Part shown: piece after piece, positions 10,144 to 19,600 of the stretch
Numbering within the stretch: position 1 is the stretch's first letter
Layout: every line of letters starts with the position of its first letter
Assembly: GCA_049322915.1 (NCBI GenBank)
Contig: JBMOPW010000014.1
Span: 637,527 to 701,526 of the forward strand
Reading direction: 5' to 3'
Length of the DNA stretch: 64,000 nt
Origin: Candidatus Zhuqueibacterota bacterium
GTDB taxonomy: Bacteria > Zhuqueibacterota > Zhuqueibacteria > Thermofontimicrobiales > Thermofontimicrobiaceae
Position numbers and translations under genes: made by a program
Notes under the pieces: generated by a model
The model's database searches: none
What the model was told of the DNA's origin: nothing
Seen by the model: only the letters and a program-made list of their open reading frames with translations

Positions 10144-10491
10144 GTAACTGCACAGCCACCAAGTCTCAAAGGCGCGAAGAAAAAAATACATCTAACCTGA
10201 ATTATTCATGAACTGGCTCAGAATTTGAGTCAACATTCAGATTTTCAATTAGCTAAAGGCTAAGCTATTTTGAAACTCAGTTTTTTTACATTTATTCTAA
10301 AAAGAGCACCATTCAGGTTAGCCAGCCTCCTTTAAAAATACTATGAATAATGCAGGCTAAATTATCGATTCAGAAAAGCTGAACGTGGTTTAAAAGATGA
10401 ATTGCATAAAATAAGAACGAATAAAATGACATCTTCGTGCAACGCTGTGGCTTCGTGATTTCGCGGCAAGACTACATGCCTGAATAGCGAC
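10144..10491. repeat. Degenerate inverted-repeat element (CCACnAAG.. / ..CTTCGTG family) hosting the 161-bp MITE
   Basis: Left GTAACTGCACAG-CCACCAAG-TCTCAAAG-GCGCGAAG; right CTTCGTG..GTGGCTTCGTG..TTTCGCGGC..CTGAATAGCGAC; related unit at 61101-61234. Confidence 0.55.
10196..10356. mobile_element. 161-bp MITE copy 1 (IS1380-like CC...GG ends), CTAA target duplication
   Basis: TIRs CCTGAATTATTCAT / ATGAATAATGCAGG; CTAA at 10192-10195 and 10357-10360; near-identical inverted copy at 31961-32121. Confidence 0.9.
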
Positions 10492-10541
10492 GAAAATATA
10501 TTTTAACCCTGAACCGGGAACCTGAGTAGATACCTTTTTTT

Positions 10542-10657
10542 AATAGAACACGGATAATCCACCAAACAAACGGCGGACGTACCGCACTGATGACACAGAT
10601 TTATCCATATAAAGAATCCGCGAAGATCAGCGTCATCCGCGTCATCAGCGTTCTATT
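10542..10657. repeat. Inverted-repeat element with internal 9-mer tandem repeats
   Basis: AATAGAACACGGAT ... ATCAGCGTTCTATT ends (12/14); ATC(A/C)GCGTC tandem units; similar end GGAACGCGGATGACGC at 63980-63995. Confidence 0.65.
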
Positions 10658-10691
10658 TCTTTTTTGGTTCCGGCTCGTCCTGGTTAGGGAA

Positions 10692-12164
10692 CTACATAAC
10701 TTTCAGCCCACGGCTTTCATAGATTTTTATCCATTTGTTGACGCACTCTGCCAGAGTATTGCCCAATTCCCGGCCGCTGCCGTGTATGGGCCGGAATTCC
10801 TCGGCAAGTTCGGAATATCCTTTGCGGTCCAACCATGTCGAAAAATAGTCGTTATCCGAATATAACTGGATTTTGCTCGGGTGAATTGTCTTGAGCACAT
10901 TGAGCAGGTCGTAGAGATTGTAGATTTTTGTATCTTCGATCAACAGCGGCGTGAACTCCATGCGTAAAATTTCGCGCCGCGTGTGGCGCTTTAAAATCGT
11001 AATCAGCCGTTTGCCTTTATCGTACCGCGGCCTCAGTTTATCACCCAGCTCCCGAAAGCCGTGCATGTACAGCCAGGTTGAAAACCAGTCCTTGCGACCG
11101 TACCGCTCCAGTATCCCTCGCAATTTCTCCGCCTCGGGCGTATCGCTATCGGCTGTGACCACGAGGTTGTAGAGTTCTTCAATATTACGGACGCGATACT
11201 GGCATTCACCGTCGACGTCCCGAATCAGAAAATCGCCCATCCCGGTGAAGTCGTGGATGTAATTTTTCAGCGTCTGCAAGCTGCCTGAATCGCCTTTGGG
11301 CATGATGAACGCGATATCTTTCAGGCTGTTGCCCTCCTCAGCCTTGGAGGCGATGATGACCGGAATGCGCTGGTAATATTTCTGCACCAGGTCGAACAGG
11401 TCTCTGCCTGCGTCGCTCTTCAGACGATCACCGATGGGAAAATACATGTCCGTGATCAGACAGACGACGTCATCGCCCCGGCCGCGCGCTGTAAAATTAC
11501 GGTCTTCAATTTCGGACTCGCTGGAGACGCCGAAGAGGAACTGCAGGGTTTCTTCGTAGGTGCGCGTAGTCATCACATCAGCGCGCTGGCCAATGATGTT
11601 GTAGAGCACCGGCAGAAACTGGGAGAACCATCGCGGCTCATCATCAACGATGAGAAAAATGTACCGTTTAACTTTGGAATACTTTTCGATATTCAGCCGG
11701 TCTTCGGCGCAACGGACGGCTGATGGCAGAATCTGCGATGGCGTGATCTCCGAATTGTCCACGGCAAGAACCAGGTCGGCTTTGGCCGTATAGGGAAATT
11801 TTTGACGGGCGACTGCCGGGGGAGAGCAATGGATTTTACTGTTGGACGAAAGCAGCACGAGGAGTATGTCCGAATTGTTCTTTCGCAGTTCCGATTCATT
11901 CACAAAATTCAGGGCAATGTCATCGCAAATGCAGACGACCGGGCCGCTGGCTGTATAGTGATTCGCCTCAGCCGGATTGGAGAGGATATCGATATTCACC
12001 CAGGGCATGCTGCTTTTGAGCGCGCGGCTCGCCTGGCGGATGTGTTCATCGGCTGAAAAGATGGCCACGCTGGCAATTTTGACCGGATTGATGATTCGGG
12101 GGATAAATTTAAATTCCCTGTGTTTGCCCGTTGCGCGGGTCTTTCGGCTTTGGCTGTAATTCAT
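10692..12164 (-). CDS. Receiver-domain protein with duplicated C-terminal FSTWL repeat; resembles the N-terminal half of gdh-associated PEP/pyruvate-binding-domain proteins
   Basis: Receiver motifs LIVDD...LITD...IIAS...MPK; GMGDFL; two repeats KDWFSTWLYMHGFRELGDKLRP / NDYFSTWLDRKGYSELAEEFRP. Confidence 0.7.
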   Translation of the reverse strand: MNYSQSRKTRATGKHREFKFIPRIINPVKIASVAIFSADEHIRQASRALKSSMPWVNIDILSNPAEANHYTASGPVVCICDDIALNFVNESELRKNNSDILLVLLSSNSKIHCSPPAVARQKFPYTAKADLVLAVDNSEITPSQILPSAVRCAEDRLNIEKYSKVKRYIFLIVDDEPRWFSQFLPVLYNIIGQRADVMTTRTYEETLQFLFGVSSESEIEDRNFTARGRGDDVVCLITDMYFPIGDRLKSDAGRDLFDLVQKYYQRIPVIIASKAEEGNSLKDIAFIMPKGDSGSLQTLKNYIHDFTGMGDFLIRDVDGECQYRVRNIEELYNLVVTADSDTPEAEKLRGILERYGRKDWFSTWLYMHGFRELGDKLRPRYDKGKRLITILKRHTRREILRMEFTPLLIEDTKIYNLYDLLNVLKTIHPSKIQLYSDNDYFSTWLDRKGYSELAEEFRPIHGSGRELGNTLAECVNKWIKIYESRGLKVM

Positions 12165-12179
12165 AGTATTGGTTGTCTG

Positions 12180-13835
12180 TTATTGCGAAACAATGACACA
12201 GCGCTGGTGGACCGAATCGGCGTAAATGGACACCGGCTGTGGAAATTTCAACACATAGACCGCATCATCAGCGGATGACGGCGTGAAAAACCAGGGGTCC
12301 AGGCTGTCTTCAATCGGTGAAATGAAACCGTAAATGACATTATTGCTCATCAGGTTGGTCAAAAAATGGGTGCCCTGCGTGCCGTACATCCGGGTCTGTT
12401 GTCGTTTCTGCTCCTCATCGAAACCACCCTGAATCATGTATAAAAAATGGCTGCCGTAGATACCGCCGGTCGGATCGCTGGCCTCTTTCTGCGGTTCTGC
12501 CCGGCCGGAGATATCGACGCCGTATTCGAACAATGCCACTGCTCCGGCCACATCGCGGTACTCCACCTGAATGCCCCAGTTGCGATTGCTGCTGCCCAGA
12601 CGGCCGGGAGCGATGAGCACATAGCCCTGGCCCTGGCGCTGTAATTCCTGGTTGATGGCGGCGATTTTTTTCAGGACTGCGTCGTGCTCTCGCTGCGAAT
12701 AAATGAACGGCGACACGGTCACCGCGTAATTCACCCCGGTTTTGATGCCGTGTCCCTGAAAATTGGAAATGGACAGGTACTGATGGTTGAAGTTCTCAGG
12801 GAAGGTGATGGCCTCAAATTTCAACACAGGCAATTGCGTCAATTGGACCACATGAAATTGCCCGCTCAGTCCGCTTTCGCTGGTCTCGGTCAGATTGAAT
12901 ACAAATTCGATTTGATAATGGGCGGTGATTTTGGCCGAGATGATATCCAGAATGGTGCACAAACCGCTTTTAAAACCGAAACGGTCCTGCTGAATCAGAT
13001 TTTCCAGGGTGATCATGTTTTTCTGCTCGCCCACCAGCGAGGCAAAGCGCCGATGAGAAAACCGCACGTGCAGTTTTTTCATGGTCTCCAATTCTTCGCC
13101 GGAGAGATGCGCGTTTTTGGACATATCGATGGCGTAAAAGACCGACTGATCGTTCTCCAAAAGCTCCAGCGAAATGGGATTGCGGATGGTCACCATGGAC
13201 TTGACCGGGAAATCGTCCAGCACGGTGGCATACCCATGTCCCAGCGCGATGCGGGCGAATCCCTCATCCGGATTTTGATTTTTCAAGGCGTACGGGAAAA
13301 ACGAATTGGCCACGCCGGAGACCAGGGGATAATAGATAGGACCGGCATCGGAATTGTCGAACAACCCCGGGATGGGATTGATGACGATGGCCATTTTTTC
13401 GCGGCTGTCCGGTGGTTGTTTTTTGAGGAAATCAGAGTAAATGAATTCAATCGCCTGAATGAACTGGTGGAATCGCGTGGCAGCATCCGGGTGATTGTTC
13501 GGGAGCATGTAGGATGTGTTTTCGCCGGCATGAACAGAGCCGCCGCCCTCCTGGGTTGTAATCGCTTCATTCGTCGCCGAAGATCGCACGCTGATGGGAA
13601 TATTGCCCAATTGCTCCAGGAGGCCGGACAGAATTTCCAGTTCTTCGCCGGTAAATCTGCGGTCGTTCATTAAATAGTGGTCGAAGAAAACAGTGGTGAG
13701 TACGCGAGTGGGCAATTTGTGCGCGGCCGGGATATTGCATTCGTTGATCTTTACAAGCCCTTCGCCTTTTCCACCCATGGATCCGGCGCCGTAAATTTTA
13801 ACGTCGCCAATTTTTTCAACAACTTTTATGCTCAT
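12180..13835 (-). CDS. PPDK/PEP-synthase N-terminal-type ATP-grasp protein lacking the pyruvate-binding barrel
   Basis: GGKGEGL, SVRSSA, HAGENTS, MAIVI, IEFVF motifs; C-terminal APGRLGSS and G(S/T)HF motifs; probable ATG 13835 after GAAGGTG. Confidence 0.75.
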   Translation of the reverse strand: MSIKVVEKIGDVKIYGAGSMGGKGEGLVKINECNIPAAHKLPTRVLTTVFFDHYLMNDRRFTGEELEILSGLLEQLGNIPISVRSSATNEAITTQEGGGSVHAGENTSYMLPNNHPDAATRFHQFIQAIEFIYSDFLKKQPPDSREKMAIVINPIPGLFDNSDAGPIYYPLVSGVANSFFPYALKNQNPDEGFARIALGHGYATVLDDFPVKSMVTIRNPISLELLENDQSVFYAIDMSKNAHLSGEELETMKKLHVRFSHRRFASLVGEQKNMITLENLIQQDRFGFKSGLCTILDIISAKITAHYQIEFVFNLTETSESGLSGQFHVVQLTQLPVLKFEAITFPENFNHQYLSISNFQGHGIKTGVNYAVTVSPFIYSQREHDAVLKKIAAINQELQRQGQGYVLIAPGRLGSSNRNWGIQVEYRDVAGAVALFEYGVDISGRAEPQKEASDPTGGIYGSHFLYMIQGGFDEEQKRQQTRMYGTQGTHFLTNLMSNNVIYGFISPIEDSLDPWFFTPSSADDAVYVLKFPQPVSIYADSVHQRCVIVSQ

Positions 13836-14001
13836 GAATTGTTGAACACCTTCAATCCCAAAATGTTCTTTTTGAAGTCGCCGTTCCCACAACAGCGATG
13901 TCGAGGCAGAGACACATTTGCACATTCCAATCACATGAGGCAGAAAGTCGACCTCACGGGATGGAATTTCCCGATTGAATCAGTGACACATTAAAATGAA
14001 A

Positions 14002-14032
14002 AGAGTGCGATGCTGAGAATGCATCGCACTCT
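14002..14032 (-). terminator. Terminator hairpin downstream of the glutamate-synthase-like gene
   Basis: AGAGTGCGATGC-7nt-GCATCGCACTCT perfect 12-bp stem followed by TTTCATTTT on minus strand. Confidence 0.75.
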
Positions 14033-14058
14033 GTTTTGATGTTGCCAAATTTGGTGTG

Positions 14059-15636
14059 TTAGCTGGCCAGAATTTGCTCGACTTCGTCGCGATCGGCATC
14101 CATGATATAGGTGATGCCGCTGATTTCAGCCGATTCCGCCGTCAACGCAGCGATATCGTTTCGGTCGATATGGGCCAGGGAGAACTTCCGGTTGCCGCAC
14201 ATCAATTGACGCAGGCCCTGGGCCAGGCGTTCGAAATAAGTGTACAACCCAATCGCGCCGGTGGGCAATTCTTTAAAAGTGTCGTTGCCCAGTTCGCGTT
14301 TCAGATCGGTTGCCGTCACGAACACTTCTTCGATATTCGAGCCGAATCGCTCCACATAAACGGGCAGCATGCCTTCATTGATTCGCTTCCCAATTGTCTT
14401 GCCAACCATCGCCGCAGCCAATGGCCCTCGCGCCATGCCGATCAGTTTGGCATAGGGCGCCAAAAGCGCCAGGCCTTTGAACATTTGATCTTCGAACGTA
14501 AATCCACCGGCCGGCGCTATTGCCGGGACATAGTCTCCATTCTGCGCCAATTGATGAACGTAATCATAGAGCAGCGAATGGAGTTCCACCGCCGGAACGC
14601 CCCATTCGTTCATCATCCGCCACGGGCTCATGCCGGTGCCGCCGCCGGCGCCGTCCACGGTGAGCAGATCGATTTTAGCTTTGGAGGCATATTTCACCGC
14701 GCGGGCCAAATCGGCCGGGCGATAGGCGCCTGTTTTCAGGAACACATATTTCGCGCCGGCGTCGCGCAGTTCCTGCACCCGTTCCATGAAGCTCTCTTCC
14801 GAAACCATGCCAACTCGCGAATGGCGCTCGAATTCCTTGAATGCCCCGGCTTCGAAGGCTTTGATCACGTTTTCGTCCATTGGATCCGGCAGCACGATGT
14901 AGCCGCGTTTTCTGAGGAGTTGCGCTTTGGCTAAATTTTTGATTTTCACTTCGCCGCCGATGTCTTTGGCGCCCTGGCCCCATTTCAATTCGACAGCTTC
15001 GACGCCCAATTCCCGAATAGCGTATTCCTGAGCGCCCAGCCGGGTGTCTTCCACGTTGGCCTGGCACACGATGACGCCGTAGCCATCCCGCTGCCATTTC
15101 TGGAACATTTTCACGCGACGCGCCAGCTCCGGAGATTTTTTCACTCTCCCGTTCACGATTTCGGATTCAGCATCCATACCCACAACATTTTCACCAATGG
15201 TGAGACCGGTGCCGGCCAGCGCTGTTCCAATGGCCAGACCTTCCCAGTTATTCAATGCAACATTGGTCGAACCCAGACCGGGAATCATGATCGGCAGTTT
15301 GAATTTCAATTTGCCAATGCGGGATTCCAGATTCACATTGGGGAAAATTGCTATGTCGCTATCCGCCTTAATTCCATGTGCGCCAACTGCCGTGCCCAGA
15401 ATTGTAAAATGAGAATAATCGACCGGGTAATTTTTTTCCGATGCGGTGGTGATGATGCCAAATGGCTGTGGGTAAATGACTTCATGTCCGCGATAGGCTG
15501 ATTTGCCAATTTCGCACATTCCAACGCAACCATCGATGCAGGTTACACACATACCGCTGAACGGGCTGATAGAATCTTCGGTTCTATTCTTTGTTAAAGT
15601 CGCCGCAGAACGATTTAAACTGGTTAAAGATGGCAT
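14059..15636 (-). CDS. Stand-alone FMN-binding glutamate synthase family protein
   Basis: IGEN, ELKWGQGAK..GG, LKTG, TVDGAGGGTG, WGVP, AGG motifs of the GltB FMN barrel; N-terminal CxxCxxxCxxxC; no amidotransferase domain. Confidence 0.88.
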   Translation of the reverse strand: MPSLTSLNRSAATLTKNRTEDSISPFSGMCVTCIDGCVGMCEIGKSAYRGHEVIYPQPFGIITTASEKNYPVDYSHFTILGTAVGAHGIKADSDIAIFPNVNLESRIGKLKFKLPIMIPGLGSTNVALNNWEGLAIGTALAGTGLTIGENVVGMDAESEIVNGRVKKSPELARRVKMFQKWQRDGYGVIVCQANVEDTRLGAQEYAIRELGVEAVELKWGQGAKDIGGEVKIKNLAKAQLLRKRGYIVLPDPMDENVIKAFEAGAFKEFERHSRVGMVSEESFMERVQELRDAGAKYVFLKTGAYRPADLARAVKYASKAKIDLLTVDGAGGGTGMSPWRMMNEWGVPAVELHSLLYDYVHQLAQNGDYVPAIAPAGGFTFEDQMFKGLALLAPYAKLIGMARGPLAAAMVGKTIGKRINEGMLPVYVERFGSNIEEVFVTATDLKRELGNDTFKELPTGAIGLYTYFERLAQGLRQLMCGNRKFSLAHIDRNDIAALTAESAEISGITYIMDADRDEVEQILAS

Positions 15637-15692
15637 TGCAAATCTCCTTAATTATTCCAAAATTAAATTCTGATTTCTTCGTTAATTACAGG

Positions 15693-16391
15693 TTATCTGC
15701 TGTGTTTCGGGATTCGTCCGGAAGCCTGTTCGCAGGCCACGCAGGGATCCATGTAACACATCATATTGTCAAAATACTCCACGCAGGGCGGTTCCAGATT
15801 GGAGCAGGCGTTGCAGATCGCGCCATCCGACTGGAAATTCGGGCCGATACACCGCATCTGGCAGGCGGGACAAATGTACATGCAACCGCCGCAGAGACGG
15901 CATTCTTCGGAGCGAATATCGAACGGCGTGGTGATGTGGCGATTGTGTCCGCGTCCGACGAATCCGATGGCTTTGCCCATCATCTGCTCGGCGCACATAC
16001 GCACACAAAGGCCGCAGTTGATGCAATCTTCGTATTCCTGTTTGAAACGCACCTGGTGCACACCGTGCTTCGAGGCCAGGTCCTGAATCACTTTAGAGCC
16101 GGGACATGTGGCCAAATGAAGTTCAATGACCATTTTCCTGGCGTCCAGGACCCGCTGGGAATTGGTGAAAACTTTCAGCCCCTCGGTGGCCGGATAGGTG
16201 CAGGAACTCACAATTTTGGTGGAGGCGCCACTGGCTATTTCCACAACGCACAACCGGCATGCGCCGTAGGGGCTCAGACCGTCGTGATAACACAATGTGG
16301 GAATGTGGAACCCATATAAATTAGCGGCCTCAAGCAAGGTGGTCCCTTCCTCTACCTGCACATCGAGACCATTCATTGTTAAATTAATCAT
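15693..16391 (-). CDS. HydA/NuoG N-terminal-like Fe-S protein (2Fe-2S + 2x4Fe-4S) with Cys-rich tail, no catalytic domain
   Basis: IPTLCYH..GACRLC..SC; CINCGLCVRMC; CRLCGGCMYICP; extra C-terminal Cys motifs. Confidence 0.85.
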   Translation of the reverse strand: MINLTMNGLDVQVEEGTTLLEAANLYGFHIPTLCYHDGLSPYGACRLCVVEIASGASTKIVSSCTYPATEGLKVFTNSQRVLDARKMVIELHLATCPGSKVIQDLASKHGVHQVRFKQEYEDCINCGLCVRMCAEQMMGKAIGFVGRGHNRHITTPFDIRSEECRLCGGCMYICPACQMRCIGPNFQSDGAICNACSNLEPPCVEYFDNMMCYMDPCVACEQASGRIPKHSR

Positions 16392-16663
16392 GGATTGCTC
16401 CCTTATTTCAGTTCAGATGATTTAATACCTATGATTCTAAAATGAAGTTTTTAAACGCCAATCGTCAAATGCCAAAAAAATTTCAATAATCAAAAAGATA
16501 CATTCGAAACTCAAACACAAGCTGATTTCATGCAGGAAGCGAACATCCGTTTGAAAATTGAAATTTGGTCATTGTCAGTTATTTGTGATTTAAAAATAAA
16601 TTTTTGGAATTTGCAGAATTTCATTTTAGAAATTCAGGTAATACATCAACATCTATCGTTTCA

Positions 16664-19600
16664 TTATTCCTGCTTCAGCAACGCCACTTCCAGCTCGCAG
16701 CGCAGACAGCGTTGGGCTTCCTTCATGGCCATTTCCTTGCTGTACACTTGCTCGACTTCTGCGAAGTTCTGAACACGATCTTTCAGAGGCAATTTGTCAG
16801 GAACCACCATGGGATAATCGACCGGGTCGGCGTCGATATCGAACGCCACGTCGGCCGGTTTATGTATTCTCCAGGGATAAACTCGCTCTCCCTTTGTCAG
16901 AAATTGATCGATGGATTCGGCAATATGCTGCCCCGCAGCGACCGCTTTGATGACGGTGGCAGGCCCGGTGGTGACATCGCCGCCGGCGAAAACATTGGGT
17001 ATACTTGTCTGGCCGGTCTTGCTGATTTTGATTGTGCCATCTTCCCATGTTTCCACCTCCAGCCCGGCGAACAATTGCTCCACGTCGGCAAATTCACCAA
17101 TGGCCGGGATGATGATATCCGCGTCCAGCATGAATTCGGAGCCTTTGCGCGGAATGGGCTTGCGTCGGCCATCTTTTCCAAAGATGTCCAGATCCATGCG
17201 GATGCACTGAATGCCGGTCACCTTTTGTCCATCGCCTAAAATCTGAACCGGCGCGGATAAAATTTCCAGCCTGGCGCCTTCTTCAATGCCGTCGTCAATT
17301 TCATCTTTGAATGCCGGCATCTCTTCCCTGGTTCGGCGGTAGACGATTGTCACGTTTCTGGCGCCCATGCGGATGCAGGTTCTGGCTGCATCGACGGCTG
17401 TATTGCCGCCGCCAACCACCACAACGCGCATGTCTTTGATATACGGCTTTTTGCCGATTTTAATATCGCGCAGAAAATCCACGCCCTGGTAAACGCCAAG
17501 CAGATTCTCGCCGTCGACGCCGAGCGAACGGTCACCGTACATTCCCACGGCCACGAAAAATGCGTCGTAGCCATCATTCATCAGGGTTTTGAAAGGAATG
17601 TCCACGCCAATTTTTGTATTTAATTTGATGTCAACGCCCATGTCTTTGATCGCATCGATTTCCCGTTGCAGGACGGAATTGGGCAGCCGACTCGCCGGGA
17701 TGGCTTCGGCCATCATGCCGCCGGCCACTTCATGGGCTTCAAAGACAGTGACCTGGTAACCCAACCGCGCCAGGAAATAAGCAGCGCTCAAACCGGCCGG
17801 GCCTCCGCCAATGACGCCGATATGATGAGGCAGTTTGGTCTTGGGAATCGGTATTTTGGGGAATTGTCCTTTTTCAGTGAGATGATCGCCGGCAAATCGC
17901 TTCAGCGCGCGGATGGCCACCGGCCCGTCGATCTGATTGCGCCGGCACTTAAACTGACAGGGATGGTCGCACACGCGGCCGCACACGGATGGGAATGGAT
18001 TGGTGTTGAGAATTTCCAGCAGGGCGTCCTCAAACCGGCCCGCGGCCGTGTACGCAATGTATGCCGGAGCGTTTGTCCCGGCCGGACAGCTATTTTGACA
18101 GGGTGAAATGTAGAGATTGCGGCACACGCTGGCGGAGCATTTCTTCTCGACGATGTGCTCGATATATTCATGTCGGAAATAGCGCAGCGTGCTCAGCACC
18201 GGATTGGACGCCGTCTGTCCCAGGCCGCACTGAGTGGTATCCGCCACCACATGAGCCAGTTCCTCTAACAGCGCCAGTTTTTCCAGCGTGCCGCGGCCTT
18301 CGGTAATATCGGTGACCAGTTCCAGCATTCGCTGAATGCCCTTGCGACAGGTGAAACATTTGCCGCACGATTCATCAAGCAGGAATGTGAGAAAATACCT
18401 GGCGACGTCCACCATGCAGGTGTCTTCGTCCATCACCACCATACCGCCTGAGCCCATGATGGAGCCGGCTTCGGCCAATTTTTCGTAATCCACCGGCAGG
18501 TTGAGCATTTCAATGGGCAGGCAGCCGCCGGAAGGTCCGCCGGTCTGCACGGCCTTAAATTTTTTGCCGCCGGGAATGCCGCCGCCGATATTGAAAATGA
18601 TGTCGCCCAGCGGAATGCCCATCGGCACTTCGACCAGACCGGTGTTATTTATCTTGCCAACCAGCGAGAAAATTTTAGTGCCTTTGCTCTTTTCAGTGCC
18701 CAGACTGGCGAACCATTCGGCGCCGCGAGTGATGATATTGGGCACGTTGGCCCAGGTCTCGACATTGTTGATGTTGGTCGGCTGGCCCCAGAGTCCGCGC
18801 TGAATGGGATAGGGTGGACGCTGTTTCGGCTCGCCCACACGTCCCTGAATCGACGCCAGGAGCGCCGTCTCTTCGCCGCAGACAAACGCGCCGGCGCCGC
18901 GCACTACTTTAAGTCGGAACGAAAATCCGCTCCCCAAAATATCATCGCCCAGCAAGCCGTATTCTTCCGCCTGTTTGATGGCCAGATTGACGCGCTTCAC
19001 GGCCAGAGGATATTCATCGCGGACGTAAACGTATCCCTCCGACGCGCCGATGGCATAGGCGCCAATGATCATGCCTTCCAGAACTGCATGGGGATCGGAT
19101 TCCAGAATGCTCCGATCCATGAACGCGCCGGGGTCGCCTTCATCGGCGTTGCACACCACATATTTTTCGGAACCGCGCGATTTGCGGCACAACTCCCATT
19201 TTAACCCGGTGGGGAAACCGGCGCCGCCACGGCCCCGAAGTCCAGAGGCCTTGATGGCTGCGATGAGTTCATCCGGTTTAAATTCGGTGAGCGCTTTGGC
19301 TAATGCGTCGTATCCGCCAAAGGCAATATATTCATCGATGATCTCGGGATCGATGCGCCCCCGATTTTTTAACACAATCAGTCGCTGATGTTTGAAGAAC
19401 TCGATATCGTTCATGGTGGGAACAGGTTCTTCTTTCTCAGGTGGGACATACATGAATTCTTTGACAGGCCGGCCTTTTTTGAAATGTTCTTCGACAAGAT
19501 GAGGTATGTTCTCCACTTTAAGTTGCTGATAAAAGATTCCTTCCGGTTGGACCACAACGATGGGTCCCCGCTCGCAAAATCCATTGCAGCCCGTGGTAAT

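Noticed and set aside
10144..10690. Possible CRISPR array
   Set aside because: Repeats are 7-10 bp tandem or inverted units with no constant repeat-spacer periodicity and no cas genes
12180..13835. PEP synthase (ppsA) or PPDK annotation
   Set aside because: Lacks the pyruvate-binding TIM barrel and the canonical GGxTSHAA motif; the QxRP motif is altered to QLTQ
12684..14934. 329-aa and 292-aa plus-strand ORFs
   Set aside because: Antisense to motif-bearing genes; composition typical of shadow ORFs
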